Virus record (IMG/VR): IMGVR_UViG_3300021963_004241
Span: 32,001 to 96,000 of that record
Length of the DNA stretch: 64,000 bases
Direction: 5' to 3' (one strand)
DNA from: a virus
This document shows positions 31,674-40,701 of the stretch, piece by piece (positions within the stretch are counted from its first letter, which is position 1; the number at the start of each line of letters is the position of its first letter). The notes beneath the pieces were generated by a model. The model was not told the origin of the DNA, did no database searches, and worked only from the letters and a program-made list of their open reading frames with translations. The translations under genes were made by a program, and so were the position numbers.

Positions 31674-32349
31674 TGCTGATTAAACTCTCGCTCATAGGAA
31701 ATATAGCAGCGATAGCTTTGGCGCAGGCAAGAGCAACTAATTGATGCTCTTTTTGTGTACCGTTTCCAGAACGCAGTTCAATAAAATGAACCCAACTACG
31801 TAAGGTACCATTCATGTATAGACGACTCACAGTTAATCCCTCTGGCAGCACCGCACGGGCTTGTTCTTTAGCTATGCCCTTAGATATAGCCCATTCGTAT
31901 GTTTCCTTGGCGACTCTGATGAGTTCGAGTTGTCTATCTCTCCATTCATCTTGTATGATTGCATGGCCAAGTGTGCCGTCCAGAGGGACACTGTTCTGTC
32001 TATTTTTTGGATCTTGTAATCTTGCTTCTCTAATAGTAAACGAGAGGTCTCGAGTAGGGTCAGCATATCGTTGGCTGAACTCTTGGAATGAGAAACTTCT
32101 GTGTCGCAAGATTTGTCTTGCGATGTCTCTTGTGGTTTCGATTTCAACGCAGGCTGAGACCATTTCAAGTGGACTCCAGTGTGCGTGTTTGACCAGGTAT
32201 CTGATGAGTTTTTCACTTGTCTCTGTATTGAGCTGGTTTGAGGGATTGCTGACACGGGCGCAATACGCAATGAGTTCCTGCGCATCGTCGATGCCCAAGT
32301 TTGCAAATTCCTCTGTTGGTTGTGAATAGGAGACCAATCGTACATTCAT
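31666..32349 (-). CDS. thyX: FAD-dependent thymidylate synthase
   Basis: HWSPLE, RQILRHRSFSFQEFSQRY ThyX signature. Confidence 0.96.
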   Translation of the reverse strand: MNVRLVSYSQPTEEFANLGIDDAQELIAYCARVSNPSNQLNTETSEKLIRYLVKHAHWSPLEMVSACVEIETTRDIARQILRHRSFSFQEFSQRYADPTRDLSFTIREARLQDPKNRQNSVPLDGTLGHAIIQDEWRDRQLELIRVAKETYEWAISKGIAKEQARAVLPEGLTVSRLYMNGTLRSWVHFIELRSGNGTQKEHQLVALACAKAIAAIFPMSESLISND

Positions 32350-32817
32350 TTATTTGTCTTTCTTATCAGGGAAGCACAATGCTTCCATCGTTTTGTAATG
32401 TTCGTATGCTTTCTTAAGTGCTTCGAACTGTTCTAATTTTTCTGGATCGGGAACAAGTATTGACAATCTCTGTTCCATTTGTTCCATAAATTTTGTTAAA
32501 CTTCTTTCGCCTATTTTTATATCACCGTCCTTGATTTCCATTCCGCCTTGGGTAATTACAACGTTTGCATTATTATTGATACCAAGACCGCTATTTGACC
32601 AGGTGTATCCATTACTGCCAGCGATAGTATAATTTCCGCCGGTAAAAGAAGTAGTTGAAGAAGTAGGTATAGTTATCGATGTTGCCATGTTGTTCCATAA
32701 AGGATCTATGGTAATAGTGTCTATGCCGGAACTGCTTAATGTATAACTTTCTCCTGTATAGACACTGTTACCAAGATCGATAACAATGTCATTGTCTTCG
32801 ATCTTATCATCGCTCAT
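32350..32817 (-). CDS. hypothetical protein (155 aa)
   Basis: ORF track. Confidence 0.7.
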   Translation of the reverse strand: MSDDKIEDNDIVIDLGNSVYTGESYTLSSSGIDTITIDPLWNNMATSITIPTSSTTSFTGGNYTIAGSNGYTWSNSGLGINNNANVVITQGGMEIKDGDIKIGERSLTKFMEQMEQRLSILVPDPEKLEQFEALKKAYEHYKTMEALCFPDKKDK

Positions 32818-32818
32818 T

Positions 32819-33013
32819 TTACGCAGCCTTGGCTTCTTTGCGAGCGTTCTTTTCTTCTGTAATTTCTGTTCTACGAGCTTTAACTAATTTTGCAACTTCC
32901 TGTAATGCTTTACGAGCACGAGTACCTGCTGCACCATTACCACTTGAAAATTTTGCATCTTCTGCTAAGAATGCTTCGAAATGAGATTTTAATTGTTCTA
33001 CTGTATTTGACAT
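32819..33013 (-). CDS. histone H1-like (Hc1-type) small basic protein
   Basis: KF..GN.AAGTRARKAL motif. Confidence 0.7.
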   Translation of the reverse strand: MSNTVEQLKSHFEAFLAEDAKFSSGNGAAGTRARKALQEVAKLVKARRTEITEEKNARKEAKAA

Positions 33014-33052
33014 AATTTTTCCTTATATATGTTCTCTACTTATTATAGAGAA

Positions 33053-33163
33053 TGGTGTGGTCGGTAGGATTTGAACCTACAAAGGCGGCGACTACGTCTG
33101 TGCCCCATCCCAAGTGCGTTATCACAACGGACCGGAGGTATACCATATTCCACTCACGACCAC
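33053..33163 (-). ncRNA. atypical tRNA-like RNA (111 nt), no canonical anticodon loop
   Basis: Acceptor GTGGTCG/CGACCAC-A-CCA, T arm GTAGG-TTCAAAT-CCTAC, Leu-like D loop; own promoter TTGACT-N16-TATAAT. Confidence 0.75.
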
Positions 33164-33194
33164 ATTGTAATTATATATTAATAAACTAAAAAGT

Positions 33195-33224
33195 CAAAAA
33201 AATAGGGCACCAAAGTGCCCTATT
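33195..33224 (-). terminator. intrinsic terminator
   Basis: AATAGGGCAC-TTTG-GTGCCCTATT + T-run. Confidence 0.75.
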
Positions 33225-33447
33225 ATTGTCCCATTCTATCGGGATTGACCATCCAACCTAATTCAGAATTTCTAGTTTGAAGACGTTCAATTTCATTGGC
33301 AGCTTCTTCTAAAAGATCTGATATTCGATCTGGTTTACCTTCTTGAACTGATTTTCGATCTTGATTCTGTCGTCTAATCTCTGCCCGCTTACGAAGGCGG
33401 AAAACTAAACTTTGTTCACTGACCGGTAAATGACTTTCATCTTTCAT
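33223..33447 (-). CDS. hypothetical protein (~74 aa)
   Basis: Start MKDESH overlaps the ligase stop (ATGA). Confidence 0.65.
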   Translation of the reverse strand: MKDESHLPVSEQSLVFRLRKRAEIRRQNQDRKSVQEGKPDRISDLLEEAANEIERLQTRNSELGWMVNPDRMGQ

Positions 33448-34343
33448 GCTAATTGTTCCCTTACCCAAGCCAGACGAGATTGCTCGTCCATTGCTGTATA
33501 TTCTACTATATTAGCACGTATGGCGTCAACTAGAGGATAGTATTCTTCGTCTAGATTGTGCTTGATGTCTTTCTTCAAATCTACTAACTTGTCTGTGCGT
33601 GGATTGCGAGCAACCCACTTCGAAGTCAAGTAGTAAGGTGACTTGATCTTAGCACTAATACCTTCGTCTGTGTAGAATACATAACCTTCGTGCCTGCACT
33701 CCTTGGCCATTTGTTCTAGACGTTCCATTGACGTTGTTACGCTTTCTGGAACGAAACAGTTGAACATACGACTCAGGTCTTGCAGTACAAAAGGATCGTG
33801 ACCTACTCGACTACCCCATTCGTTTTCACGATATCCTAGCACATACATACCTGACGATTCTGGAATAATATGTGGATCCAACGGATGTACACATTCAAAC
33901 ATAACAGTAAGGCCTTGCATGTCGGCAGTAGAAAACGCCAATTGCCAATCTGGCCAGGACATATGTTGCAGCATTCTATCTTTGGCCATGGTAACAAAGT
34001 CGCTGTCAGTGCTGCCAGTAGTAGACACTAATACGTCTCCATTGTACCAAGTGCAGACAACCATAAAGCCGTTAACCTTTCGGAATGCTGTAACCTTAGT
34101 ATCTGGAGCAAGCACTGGTGCTTCCTTTTCGATACCATAGTTATAGATCTTTGTAAATGGATAAGCAACCAAGTTGAAATCCTTGTCCACAATGGATCCA
34201 CGGCATTCGGCAATGTATTCGTTCCATAAGTTATCGTAGAAAACTTTTTTCTTGTACTTTAGGACATAAATGCCATCTCCGGCAGACTTCATGTTTACCA
34301 GTCCGGATTCAGCAACATACTTTTTTAATTCATCTTTAAACAT
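33444..34343 (-). CDS. RNA ligase (T4 Rnl1-like)
   Basis: ECRG, PFTKIYN, KVNG (motif I), FE, EGYV, KIKS..Y nucleotidyltransferase motifs. Confidence 0.85.
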   Translation of the reverse strand: MFKDELKKYVAESGLVNMKSAGDGIYVLKYKKKVFYDNLWNEYIAECRGSIVDKDFNLVAYPFTKIYNYGIEKEAPVLAPDTKVTAFRKVNGFMVVCTWYNGDVLVSTTGSTDSDFVTMAKDRMLQHMSWPDWQLAFSTADMQGLTVMFECVHPLDPHIIPESSGMYVLGYRENEWGSRVGHDPFVLQDLSRMFNCFVPESVTTSMERLEQMAKECRHEGYVFYTDEGISAKIKSPYYLTSKWVARNPRTDKLVDLKKDIKHNLDEEYYPLVDAIRANIVEYTAMDEQSRLAWVREQLA

Positions 34344-34530
34344 TTCCTAGTCCAATCCTTGAATAACCAAGTTTACTTCGTGTTTCTCTGCGAGTCTCTC
34401 GTCGCTCGGCGAAACGTTTTACACCAGCCAAATAACCAGCGAGATAACTTTCCCAGTCCAGCTTGTTAGACTCTTTATCGTAATCACGTCGCACACGTTC
34501 AATAAACTCAGGGGTCATTAAACTCTCCAA
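34336..34530 (-). CDS. hypothetical protein (64 aa)
   Basis: ORF track. Confidence 0.55.
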   Translation of the reverse strand: MESLMTPEFIERVRRDYDKESNKLDWESYLAGYLAGVKRFAERRETRRETRSKLGYSRIGLGNV

Positions 34531-34979
34531 ATTTCCTTAAAGCCTTCTTCTTCAGTTGGCTCTTGCAAGTTAGCGATCATAGAACGCATGACATTATCTG
34601 GAATAGACTTGCCTGGTCGATTAACCAGTCTTCGAGATAATTCTTCCTCATCAGGAGTTCTAAATACGATAGCGATTTTTTCGTAGTTAGGCAACATTGC
34701 CAATTTTGCTTTACGACTTTTTGCGCTAGTATTTGTTTGATCCCAGATGATGTTGAGATTATTTGCCTGTGCAATAGCCACGTGATTTTCCATCAACTTG
34801 GTTGCGATTTTAATATAGTCGTTAAAAATCTCGTTATAAGTTTTGCCCACACGAGCAGCTTCCTCGTCAACAAAACGATCAGAACTTACAACTGTGCAAT
34901 CTTTGACCCAGTCTTGATTAGAGATCCAGGTAGACTTTCCGCTACCTGGAACACCGATTAACATATATAAAGTTGGCAT
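34518..34979 (-). CDS. polynucleotide kinase-like P-loop protein (AAA_33)
   Basis: GVPGSGKST, SSD, DQTN...SR motifs. Confidence 0.85.
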   Translation of the reverse strand: MPTLYMLIGVPGSGKSTWISNQDWVKDCTVVSSDRFVDEEAARVGKTYNEIFNDYIKIATKLMENHVAIAQANNLNIIWDQTNTSAKSRKAKLAMLPNYEKIAIVFRTPDEEELSRRLVNRPGKSIPDNVMRSMIANLQEPTEEEGFKEIWRV

Positions 34980-35483
34980 TTAGCCTCCGATGTGTTGACG
35001 GGCTTCCGCCATTAAGGCAGGATCACCTTTGGTCATTACTTCTAACAACAATCTCTTTTCTTCTAAGTAGGTCTTAGCAAACTTTTCATCGTGTTGCATA
35101 ATACTACGAGTGTTAGAGATTAAGTCAGCCAACTTGACGGTTTGTGCTTCGGCTGGTGCCATTGCAGTGTGCGCTCTGTCGATTGCTTTGCGTGTGGCAC
35201 GATTGCCTTGTTCCGGACGGGATACGTCCGTAAGCCATCCCACCAACTCACTGACTTCTTCACCGAACTCTGCTCGAATAACTTCAATAGTAACTCCTGT
35301 GTCTTCAACAACATCATGTAACCAAGCCGCTGCCAACATCTCCTTTGAATGAGATACTTTGCTGACGATTTTTACAACTTCAGCAGGATGGACGATGTAG
35401 GGCTCGTTGGTATACTTGCGTAATTGAGCCGCCGCACCGTGAGCTGCTGTAGCAAATACTCTAGCCTTTTCTACTATGTCCAT
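34980..35483 (-). CDS. HD-domain hydrolase (SpoT/Mesh1-like)
   Basis: AH...RK...PYIVHP, LHDVVED, VKLADLISN. Confidence 0.88.
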   Translation of the reverse strand: MDIVEKARVFATAAHGAAAQLRKYTNEPYIVHPAEVVKIVSKVSHSKEMLAAAWLHDVVEDTGVTIEVIRAEFGEEVSELVGWLTDVSRPEQGNRATRKAIDRAHTAMAPAEAQTVKLADLISNTRSIMQHDEKFAKTYLEEKRLLLEVMTKGDPALMAEARQHIGG

Positions 35484-35492
35484 AACATCTCC

Positions 35493-36041
35493 TTAAACGT
35501 GATGACCTTTGATTTCGCCTTTTAATGCTCTTGAGATAGCATCTTCCATTTCAAGGACGATCCAACCAGTTGAATCCATGCCTACATCTAATGCACGAAA
35601 CTTTTCTAATCCACTGGTGTTGCCATGCAAGTGACCGTGGAAGTGAACAGCGCCTCGATGCATTTGATCCCATTCTGCTATTGGATAATGGAACATAACA
35701 CACTTAGTACCATTGTAAGTGATATCTAAGTAATCGTGTATTTCCTCAAAGCAAGAGCGGAATACTGGATCGTTCAACAATTTGCGATCGTGATTTCCTT
35801 TAACTAATATTTTAACACCATTGCATCGTTTCATGTATTGTACAGCCTTAGCCGATGGCAAAAATGCAACATCGCCTAAGATATAAACTTGGTCTTCTGG
35901 TTCGACTATTTCGTTCCATTCCTTGACCATTTGTTCGTTCATGTAATCTACATCGTTTTTAAATCTTGCTCTCGTGACAGGACAGAACTTCATTATGTTC
36001 GTATGTCCGAAATGTAAGTCACTTGTTATATAAGTTTTCAT
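35493..36041 (-). CDS. calcineurin-like metallophosphoesterase
   Basis: SDLHFGH, LGD, GNHD, HGHLH. Confidence 0.9.
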   Translation of the reverse strand: MKTYITSDLHFGHTNIMKFCPVTRARFKNDVDYMNEQMVKEWNEIVEPEDQVYILGDVAFLPSAKAVQYMKRCNGVKILVKGNHDRKLLNDPVFRSCFEEIHDYLDITYNGTKCVMFHYPIAEWDQMHRGAVHFHGHLHGNTSGLEKFRALDVGMDSTGWIVLEMEDAISRALKGEIKGHHV

Positions 36042-36050
36042 TTTATTCTA

Positions 36051-36242
36051 TTACCAATTCTCCACACTAGAAACTACAACTTCAAACCTCCCAGTTTGAT
36101 CATTGACTTTTGTCTCTATGGTCATAGTCGTATGACTGCCAATACCAGAACTATTATCCTGAGTAATTTCTGCTACCTCTACATCTGGAAACTTTTCAAA
36201 AATTTCCATCATTCTTTTGATATCATCTCTATGTAAGTACAT
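36051..36242 (-). CDS. hypothetical protein (63 aa)
   Basis: ORF track. Confidence 0.65.
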   Translation of the reverse strand: MYLHRDDIKRMMEIFEKFPDVEVAEITQDNSSGIGSHTTMTIETKVNDQTGRFEVVVSSVENW

Positions 36243-36805
36243 TAAATATCTCCTTCACGTTCTCTACGAGCTCTACGCTCTGCGGCCAGTGTAAAAACTT
36301 TTTCGTTGTCGTTGGTCCACTCTACTGTTTTAGGAAGAATGATCCCGAACTCGGTTGTATGACCGTTGATAGTATGGGGCTCATTCTCGTCATAGGTCCA
36401 ACCTAGGCACTTCATCATTCGATGCTTGACTAACAGGTTAGGTGATCGAAAAGCCTCGGAATCACGAAAGCCTAACATAACACCTACTTCTGCTACGGCA
36501 CCAGAACGACATACACCTGCGTGGCAATGAACTACTACGTTCATATGTTCCTCGAGTGCGTGTTGCAGTAGTCGAACAAGCTCGTCGGCTTGTTCTTGAC
36601 TGCATCGCATGGTCTCGTCTATTACAAGATCTTTAGCTTCAACGTCGAGAAACTTAAATTGATGTGTTTCGCGAAACTGATGTTTAGGTTCTGGAAATTC
36701 CATGTCTGGATCAACGATCTGTATGAGCATAGAATTAAAACCGGCATCGATGTGAAATCCTTTTTTAATATCGCTCAAAGATACGTTTTGGATCCAGGGA
36801 TTCAT
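36242..36805 (-). CDS. CX5R (tyrosine/dual-specificity-like) phosphatase
   Basis: VHCHAGVCRS. Confidence 0.85.
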   Translation of the reverse strand: MNPWIQNVSLSDIKKGFHIDAGFNSMLIQIVDPDMEFPEPKHQFRETHQFKFLDVEAKDLVIDETMRCSQEQADELVRLLQHALEEHMNVVVHCHAGVCRSGAVAEVGVMLGFRDSEAFRSPNLLVKHRMMKCLGWTYDENEPHTINGHTTEFGIILPKTVEWTNDNEKVFTLAAERRARREREGDI

Positions 36806-36984
36806 TTTAAATTCTTCTTAATTTTATTAATGATATCGTTGGCCTGATCAAAGTTATTGATGCACTCCTCTACGATAATCTCATTATTTAGGTAATCATA
36901 GGCAACGGATTTTTGAAATCTCAAATCCTGTTGCCATTTGATCTTATTACCGATGTAGTCTATCTTAATTCTGTCTGTGTTCAT
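36802..36984 (-). CDS. hypothetical protein (~60 aa)
   Basis: ATGA-coupled on both sides. Confidence 0.55.
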   Translation of the reverse strand: MNTDRIKIDYIGNKIKWQQDLRFQKSVAYDYLNNEIIVEECINNFDQANDIINKIKKNLK

Positions 36985-37199
36985 TGTCGCCGCCTTTTCA
37001 TCCAAGTGTATTTTGATCCATCTGGTAACAGTCCGTCCTTGACGCTATCGGATCCAAAAACTCCAACTAGTTCAAAATCGTCTCCATTTATTTTTACAAA
37101 TAAACCAATTTCTTTTGATCTAGTTAATGCTAATTCTAGAGTGTCTACTTCTTCCTCGCAAGCTCTTCCCCTTGCGTCTTTCCAATTTACTTTATACAT
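36981..37199 (-). CDS. hypothetical protein (72 aa)
   Basis: ORF track; upstream TAGACA-N17-TATAAT. Confidence 0.7.
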   Translation of the reverse strand: MYKVNWKDARGRACEEEVDTLELALTRSKEIGLFVKINGDDFELVGVFGSDSVKDGLLPDGSKYTWMKRRRQ

Positions 37200-37234
37200 T
37201 CCTTGATTATATCTTCTTTTTTCATTCTTGTCTA

Positions 37235-37308
37235 TGGTGCTCCCAACTGGTAACGATCCAGTGTTTCTACATTACCAATGTAGTGTAATACCTTTATACT
37301 ATGAGAGC
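37235..37308 (-). tRNA. tRNA-Thr(GGT)
   Basis: Cloverleaf, loop TTGGTAA, CCA; T loop ATCGTTA. Confidence 0.88.
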
Positions 37309-37938
37309 CGAAAATTTTTCTACTAGTTCTCTATGTGGTCGGATTCCAGGATGGCAGTTATCCGGAAAATCTTCAGACCATTTCATTTGATCTAAGATAG
37401 TTTTGTGATCTTTTAAAAGACGGTTTTTAAACTCTAAACTGTCTGCGGATTTTTCTATGAGGTCCAAATGACAGAGTGTATGTACAGTTGGAAATTGTTT
37501 GCCAAAAATAGAACTGCGCCAATCAGGAATCACAAAATCTGCAGATGTTATCTCATAGAAACAATCTAATAATTTTGCCTGTCCACCAATGACTAATGTT
37601 TTAGCCGAGGTGAACTTTTTAAGTTTATCAAATTCCTGATAGATTATTCTAGAATTACTTTCTATAACATCATTTATAAGGAATGATTTATCAGCATCGA
37701 AAAGATTCCTATCTCTTAGAGATTCTGTGTGAAACCAAATGATCCAATCTATTTTAGATATTAAATGATTCTTTGCTGAACTAATCGATGCTAGATTAGA
37801 TCCGCCATTGTTAGCACAGTTGTAAACTGTGTACCCTAGATCTTTTAGTAGAAATTCTGTATGGTATTTTGCATCAACTCCGGGCGGTCCGTAGTAATTT
37901 GGGACCCCCCAACTGTCGCCTAATATTAATATGTTCAT
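37294..37938 (-). CDS. SGNH-hydrolase-like protein
   Basis: ILGDSW and DNCHP motifs. Confidence 0.7.
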   Translation of the reverse strand: MNILILGDSWGVPNYYGPPGVDAKYHTEFLLKDLGYTVYNCANNGGSNLASISSAKNHLISKIDWIIWFHTESLRDRNLFDADKSFLINDVIESNSRIIYQEFDKLKKFTSAKTLVIGGQAKLLDCFYEITSADFVIPDWRSSIFGKQFPTVHTLCHLDLIEKSADSLEFKNRLLKDHKTILDQMKWSEDFPDNCHPGIRPHRELVEKFSALIV

Positions 37939-37949
37939 GTGGATATTTA

Positions 37950-38024
37950 TGGCCTCCCCAGTAGGAATCGAACCTACAACTAAACCTTAGGAGTGTTTTG
38001 TTATATCCATTTAACTATAGGGAG
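37950..38024 (-). tRNA. tRNA-Arg(CCT)
   Basis: Cloverleaf, loop CTCCTAA, CCA. Confidence 0.85.
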
Positions 38025-38028
38025 AATT

Positions 38029-38105
38029 TGGCCTGACTGGAGGGACTCGAACCCCCGACCTACAGCTTAGAAGGCTGTTGCTCTATCCAGTTGAGCTACA
38101 GTCAG
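38029..38105 (-). tRNA. tRNA-Arg(TCT)
   Basis: Cloverleaf, loop CTTCTAA, CCA. Confidence 0.95.
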
Positions 38106-38110
38106 ATATT

Positions 38111-38184
38111 TGGAGCGGGGTAAGAGAATCGAACTCTCCGCATCAGCTTGGAAGGCTGAGGTATTACCACTATACGAACCCCGC
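38111..38184 (-). tRNA. tRNA-Gly(TCC)
   Basis: Cloverleaf, loop CTTCCAA, CCA. Confidence 0.95.
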
Positions 38185-38202
38185 ATAGATATTACTGTAG
38201 CA

Positions 38203-38613
38203 TCATCTTGATTTTTCTGCAAGTTCTTTATAACCTGCCCAGCTAGGATGTATTGAATCTTTTTGTAAACGATCTGTTTTAATGATAGTATCTCCTCGGC
38301 TTCTTGCGATTATGTTAACGATATCATTAACGTTGGGTTTACAGAACTTGTCATTACAAGGCGGCAAGATCCAGAACACTTTATCTGCTTCTACTCTGGC
38401 CCGCATAGCAGACAATTCTTTAAAAGTATGAACACCAGAATGGTCATTAGTTCCGAGACTGATGATAACTGTGCTTGCTGCTATATTTTTTTCAGCAAAC
38501 TTTTTATTCCAGCCCCAACTGTTGATCCCGCCAACACTGTAACTAACGCATTCTTTCCTTACGTTAGCTGTTCCTACTGCAATACTGTCGCCTACGATTA
38601 AACATTCTAACAT
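38203..38613 (-). CDS. GDSL/SGNH hydrolase-like protein
   Basis: IVGDSIA, LGTND, DSIHP. Confidence 0.8.
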   Translation of the reverse strand: MLECLIVGDSIAVGTANVRKECVSYSVGGINSWGWNKKFAEKNIAASTVIISLGTNDHSGVHTFKELSAMRARVEADKVFWILPPCNDKFCKPNVNDIVNIIARSRGDTIIKTDRLQKDSIHPSWAGYKELAEKSR

Positions 38614-38624
38614 ATATTATCCTT

Positions 38625-38700
<76 letters not shown>

Positions 38701-38749
38701 ATTGAGACACACTACTTATCCTATTATACGCCATGTGTCAGGGCGAAAT

Positions 38750-38826
<77 letters not shown>

Positions 38827-38931
38827 AATAGATTTAGGGCACAACAACTAAAAGTATCTACAATACTAATGTCATCTTTGTTATTTAAAATGAGCACAAT
38901 AACGATGCGTCAAGAGTGCTATTCCCTAAAA

Positions 38932-39007
38932 TGGTTGCAGGGGAGGGAATCGAACCCCCGACCTCAAGGTTATGAGCCTTGCCAGATACCGCTTCTAACA
39001 CCCTGCG
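38932..39007 (-). tRNA. initiator-type tRNA-Met(CAT)
   Basis: C1:A72 mismatch, loop CTCATAA, CCA; only two of the usual three G-C anticodon-stem pairs. Confidence 0.88.
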
Positions 39008-39011
39008 TCAA

Positions 39012-39155
39012 ACTTTTGTTAATGGTACAGTTTACTACCCTCTTGCTACCTATTGTTGATCTGTTACACAGACCATTTACTAGTATCATAGGCTTTCCGC
39101 TTTGGGCAAGGTTAGCTGTGTACATTAGCCCACGAGCTGTACCATTAACAAAAGT
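39012..39155 (-). ncRNA. candidate structured RNA closed by a perfect 19-bp stem
   Basis: acttttgttaatggtacag (39012-39030) / ctgtaccattaacaaaagt (39137-39155) with internal hairpins. Confidence 0.55.
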
Positions 39156-39359
39156 GTCTAGCTACAGTTCCCTGTTCCGCCCTAGACTGAGTTGTCTACC
39201 CTGTCGATCAGTATTTAAATTTTTGTCGCCAGTTCTGCTTCTGCCGCCACGGTGTCTCAAGTCGCCGAAAAGGCCTTGGGGTCGATTACCGTTTGCACCC
39301 TGACGTTTTGGTGAAGTCAATTACCCCCTTTAATAACGAGGAAGGGACCCCGGGGTCTG

Positions 39360-39932
39360 TTAGATTAATCCTTCTAGTTGAAGAGTTGCAACAACTTCAT
39401 CGCTGAGAGGGATCTCAGTTTTGATGTTTAACTCAAGAACTTCATCATTCAAAGATTGTTTCTGTTTCTTGAGATCATTTAATTGAGCACGGAAACGATC
39501 AATGTCTCCTACTCGCAACACACTGGTTTCAACAGTGTCACCGTAGCCATAGATACGACTACGTGCTTCGTCTTTCAAATTCTTGATCTTCTCAAGTTTG
39601 CCTTTGACAACTTCGATGTCAGTGACAGTGTCACGACCAACGATTTCAGTCAGTTGTGCAACACGCTTGTCGATGAAAGCTGCTTTAGTCAGCTTAAGAT
39701 CGATTCCGCTTTCGGCATTTGCGGCACACACTAGTCCGCGAATGTTGTAAAGGGCAACCAACAGGTTAGTCCTTCGGAGATCATTTTCCAGCATCTTCTG
39801 ATTGGCTTTTTCAATCTCAGCTTCTGGATTTTGAAATTCGTTGAGAGTTACATTGAACTCTACTTTGATATTTTTAACGGCATCGTTGATGCTGTTTTGA
39901 ATTGCATTTGCTTTACGTAATGTTACTTTCAT
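39360..39932 (-). CDS. coiled-coil protein (190 aa), possibly DIP1984/DUF6847-like
   Basis: GAGG RBS; helical; C-terminal LNDEVLELNIKTEI. Family resemblance from memory only. Confidence 0.7.
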   Translation of the reverse strand: MKVTLRKANAIQNSINDAVKNIKVEFNVTLNEFQNPEAEIEKANQKMLENDLRRTNLLVALYNIRGLVCAANAESGIDLKLTKAAFIDKRVAQLTEIVGRDTVTDIEVVKGKLEKIKNLKDEARSRIYGYGDTVETSVLRVGDIDRFRAQLNDLKKQKQSLNDEVLELNIKTEIPLSDEVVATLQLEGLI

Positions 39933-39949
39933 TTGTGCCTCTCTATGTT

Positions 39950-40220
39950 AACGGGTCGGTAAAGGGTCAAGTAATAGACCGGACAATTGACAAGACCTAT
40001 TGTGCGATGTCGTCGGTCTGGACAATATGCAATAGACAGGCTACAGAGACCTGAATATTTCCGATTAGCAATTGACAGGTATATAAGAATCGGTTCACTC
40101 AAGCACGAACAGTTTTCAAGACTGTTTGCCAGGATTAGTTCGTATTCGCTTATGGGCGAAAACGATTGTCTATTCTCTTCTACCCTCTACTTCACCGGCT
40201 TTGGTATTACTACCTCAGCA
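39950..40220 (-). ncRNA. candidate structured 5' leader/ncRNA with repeated GUCWAUU motifs
   Basis: Promoter TTGACA-N16-TATAAT (40226-40253); ~290-nt ORF-free leader; 5'/3' pairing CGGUGAAG/CUUUACCG. Confidence 0.55.
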
Positions 40221-40280
40221 AAACTATTATAGTTGATTTAAAACTAATGTCAACCAGTTGTCTTAAATTTTTCTTTATTT

Positions 40281-40356
40281 TGGCTCCCCGGGGAAGGATC
40301 GAACTTCCGACCAATTGATTAACAGTCAACTGCTACTACCGCTGAGCTACCGGGGA
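40281..40356 (-). tRNA. tRNA-Asn(GTT)
   Basis: Cloverleaf, loop CTGTTAA, CCA. Confidence 0.93.
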
Positions 40357-40363
40357 ATGTGTT

Positions 40364-40437
40364 TGGTGCCCCTACACAGAATCGAACTGCAAACTACGGA
40401 TTACAAAACCGTCGTTATACCATTTAACTATAAGGGC
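40364..40437 (-). tRNA. tRNA-Thr(TGT)
   Basis: Cloverleaf, loop TTTGTAA, CCA. Confidence 0.88.
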
Positions 40438-40443
40438 GAAACT

Positions 40444-40611
40444 TTACTTACTTCTTGATTCTAATGTCCTGATTCTATTTTGAATCTTGCTCTTGTCTTT
40501 TGGACGAGAGCTCTTTTCTAACATCTCACGTAATTGTACTAGATTAAGTGGTCCTAGTCTAGTCTTTCCTGTTTTTGTTTTCATTGGATCTGCATGATTT
40601 GTTTTTGACAT
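40444..40611 (-). CDS. small basic protein (55 aa, not in ORF track)
   Basis: GAGGA RBS; MSKTNHADPMKTKTGKTRLGPLNL...SRSK*. Confidence 0.65.
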   Translation of the reverse strand: MSKTNHADPMKTKTGKTRLGPLNLVQLREMLEKSSRPKDKSKIQNRIRTLESRSK

Positions 40612-40625
40612 ATTATCCTCTTATT

Positions 40626-40701
40626 TGGTGGAGGTAAACGGGATCGAACCGATGACCTTTAGCTTGCAAAGCTACTGCTCTCCCAGCTGAGCTATACCCC
40701 C
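40626..40701 (-). tRNA. tRNA-Ala(TGC)
   Basis: Cloverleaf, G3:U70, loop TTTGCAA, CCA. Confidence 0.95.
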
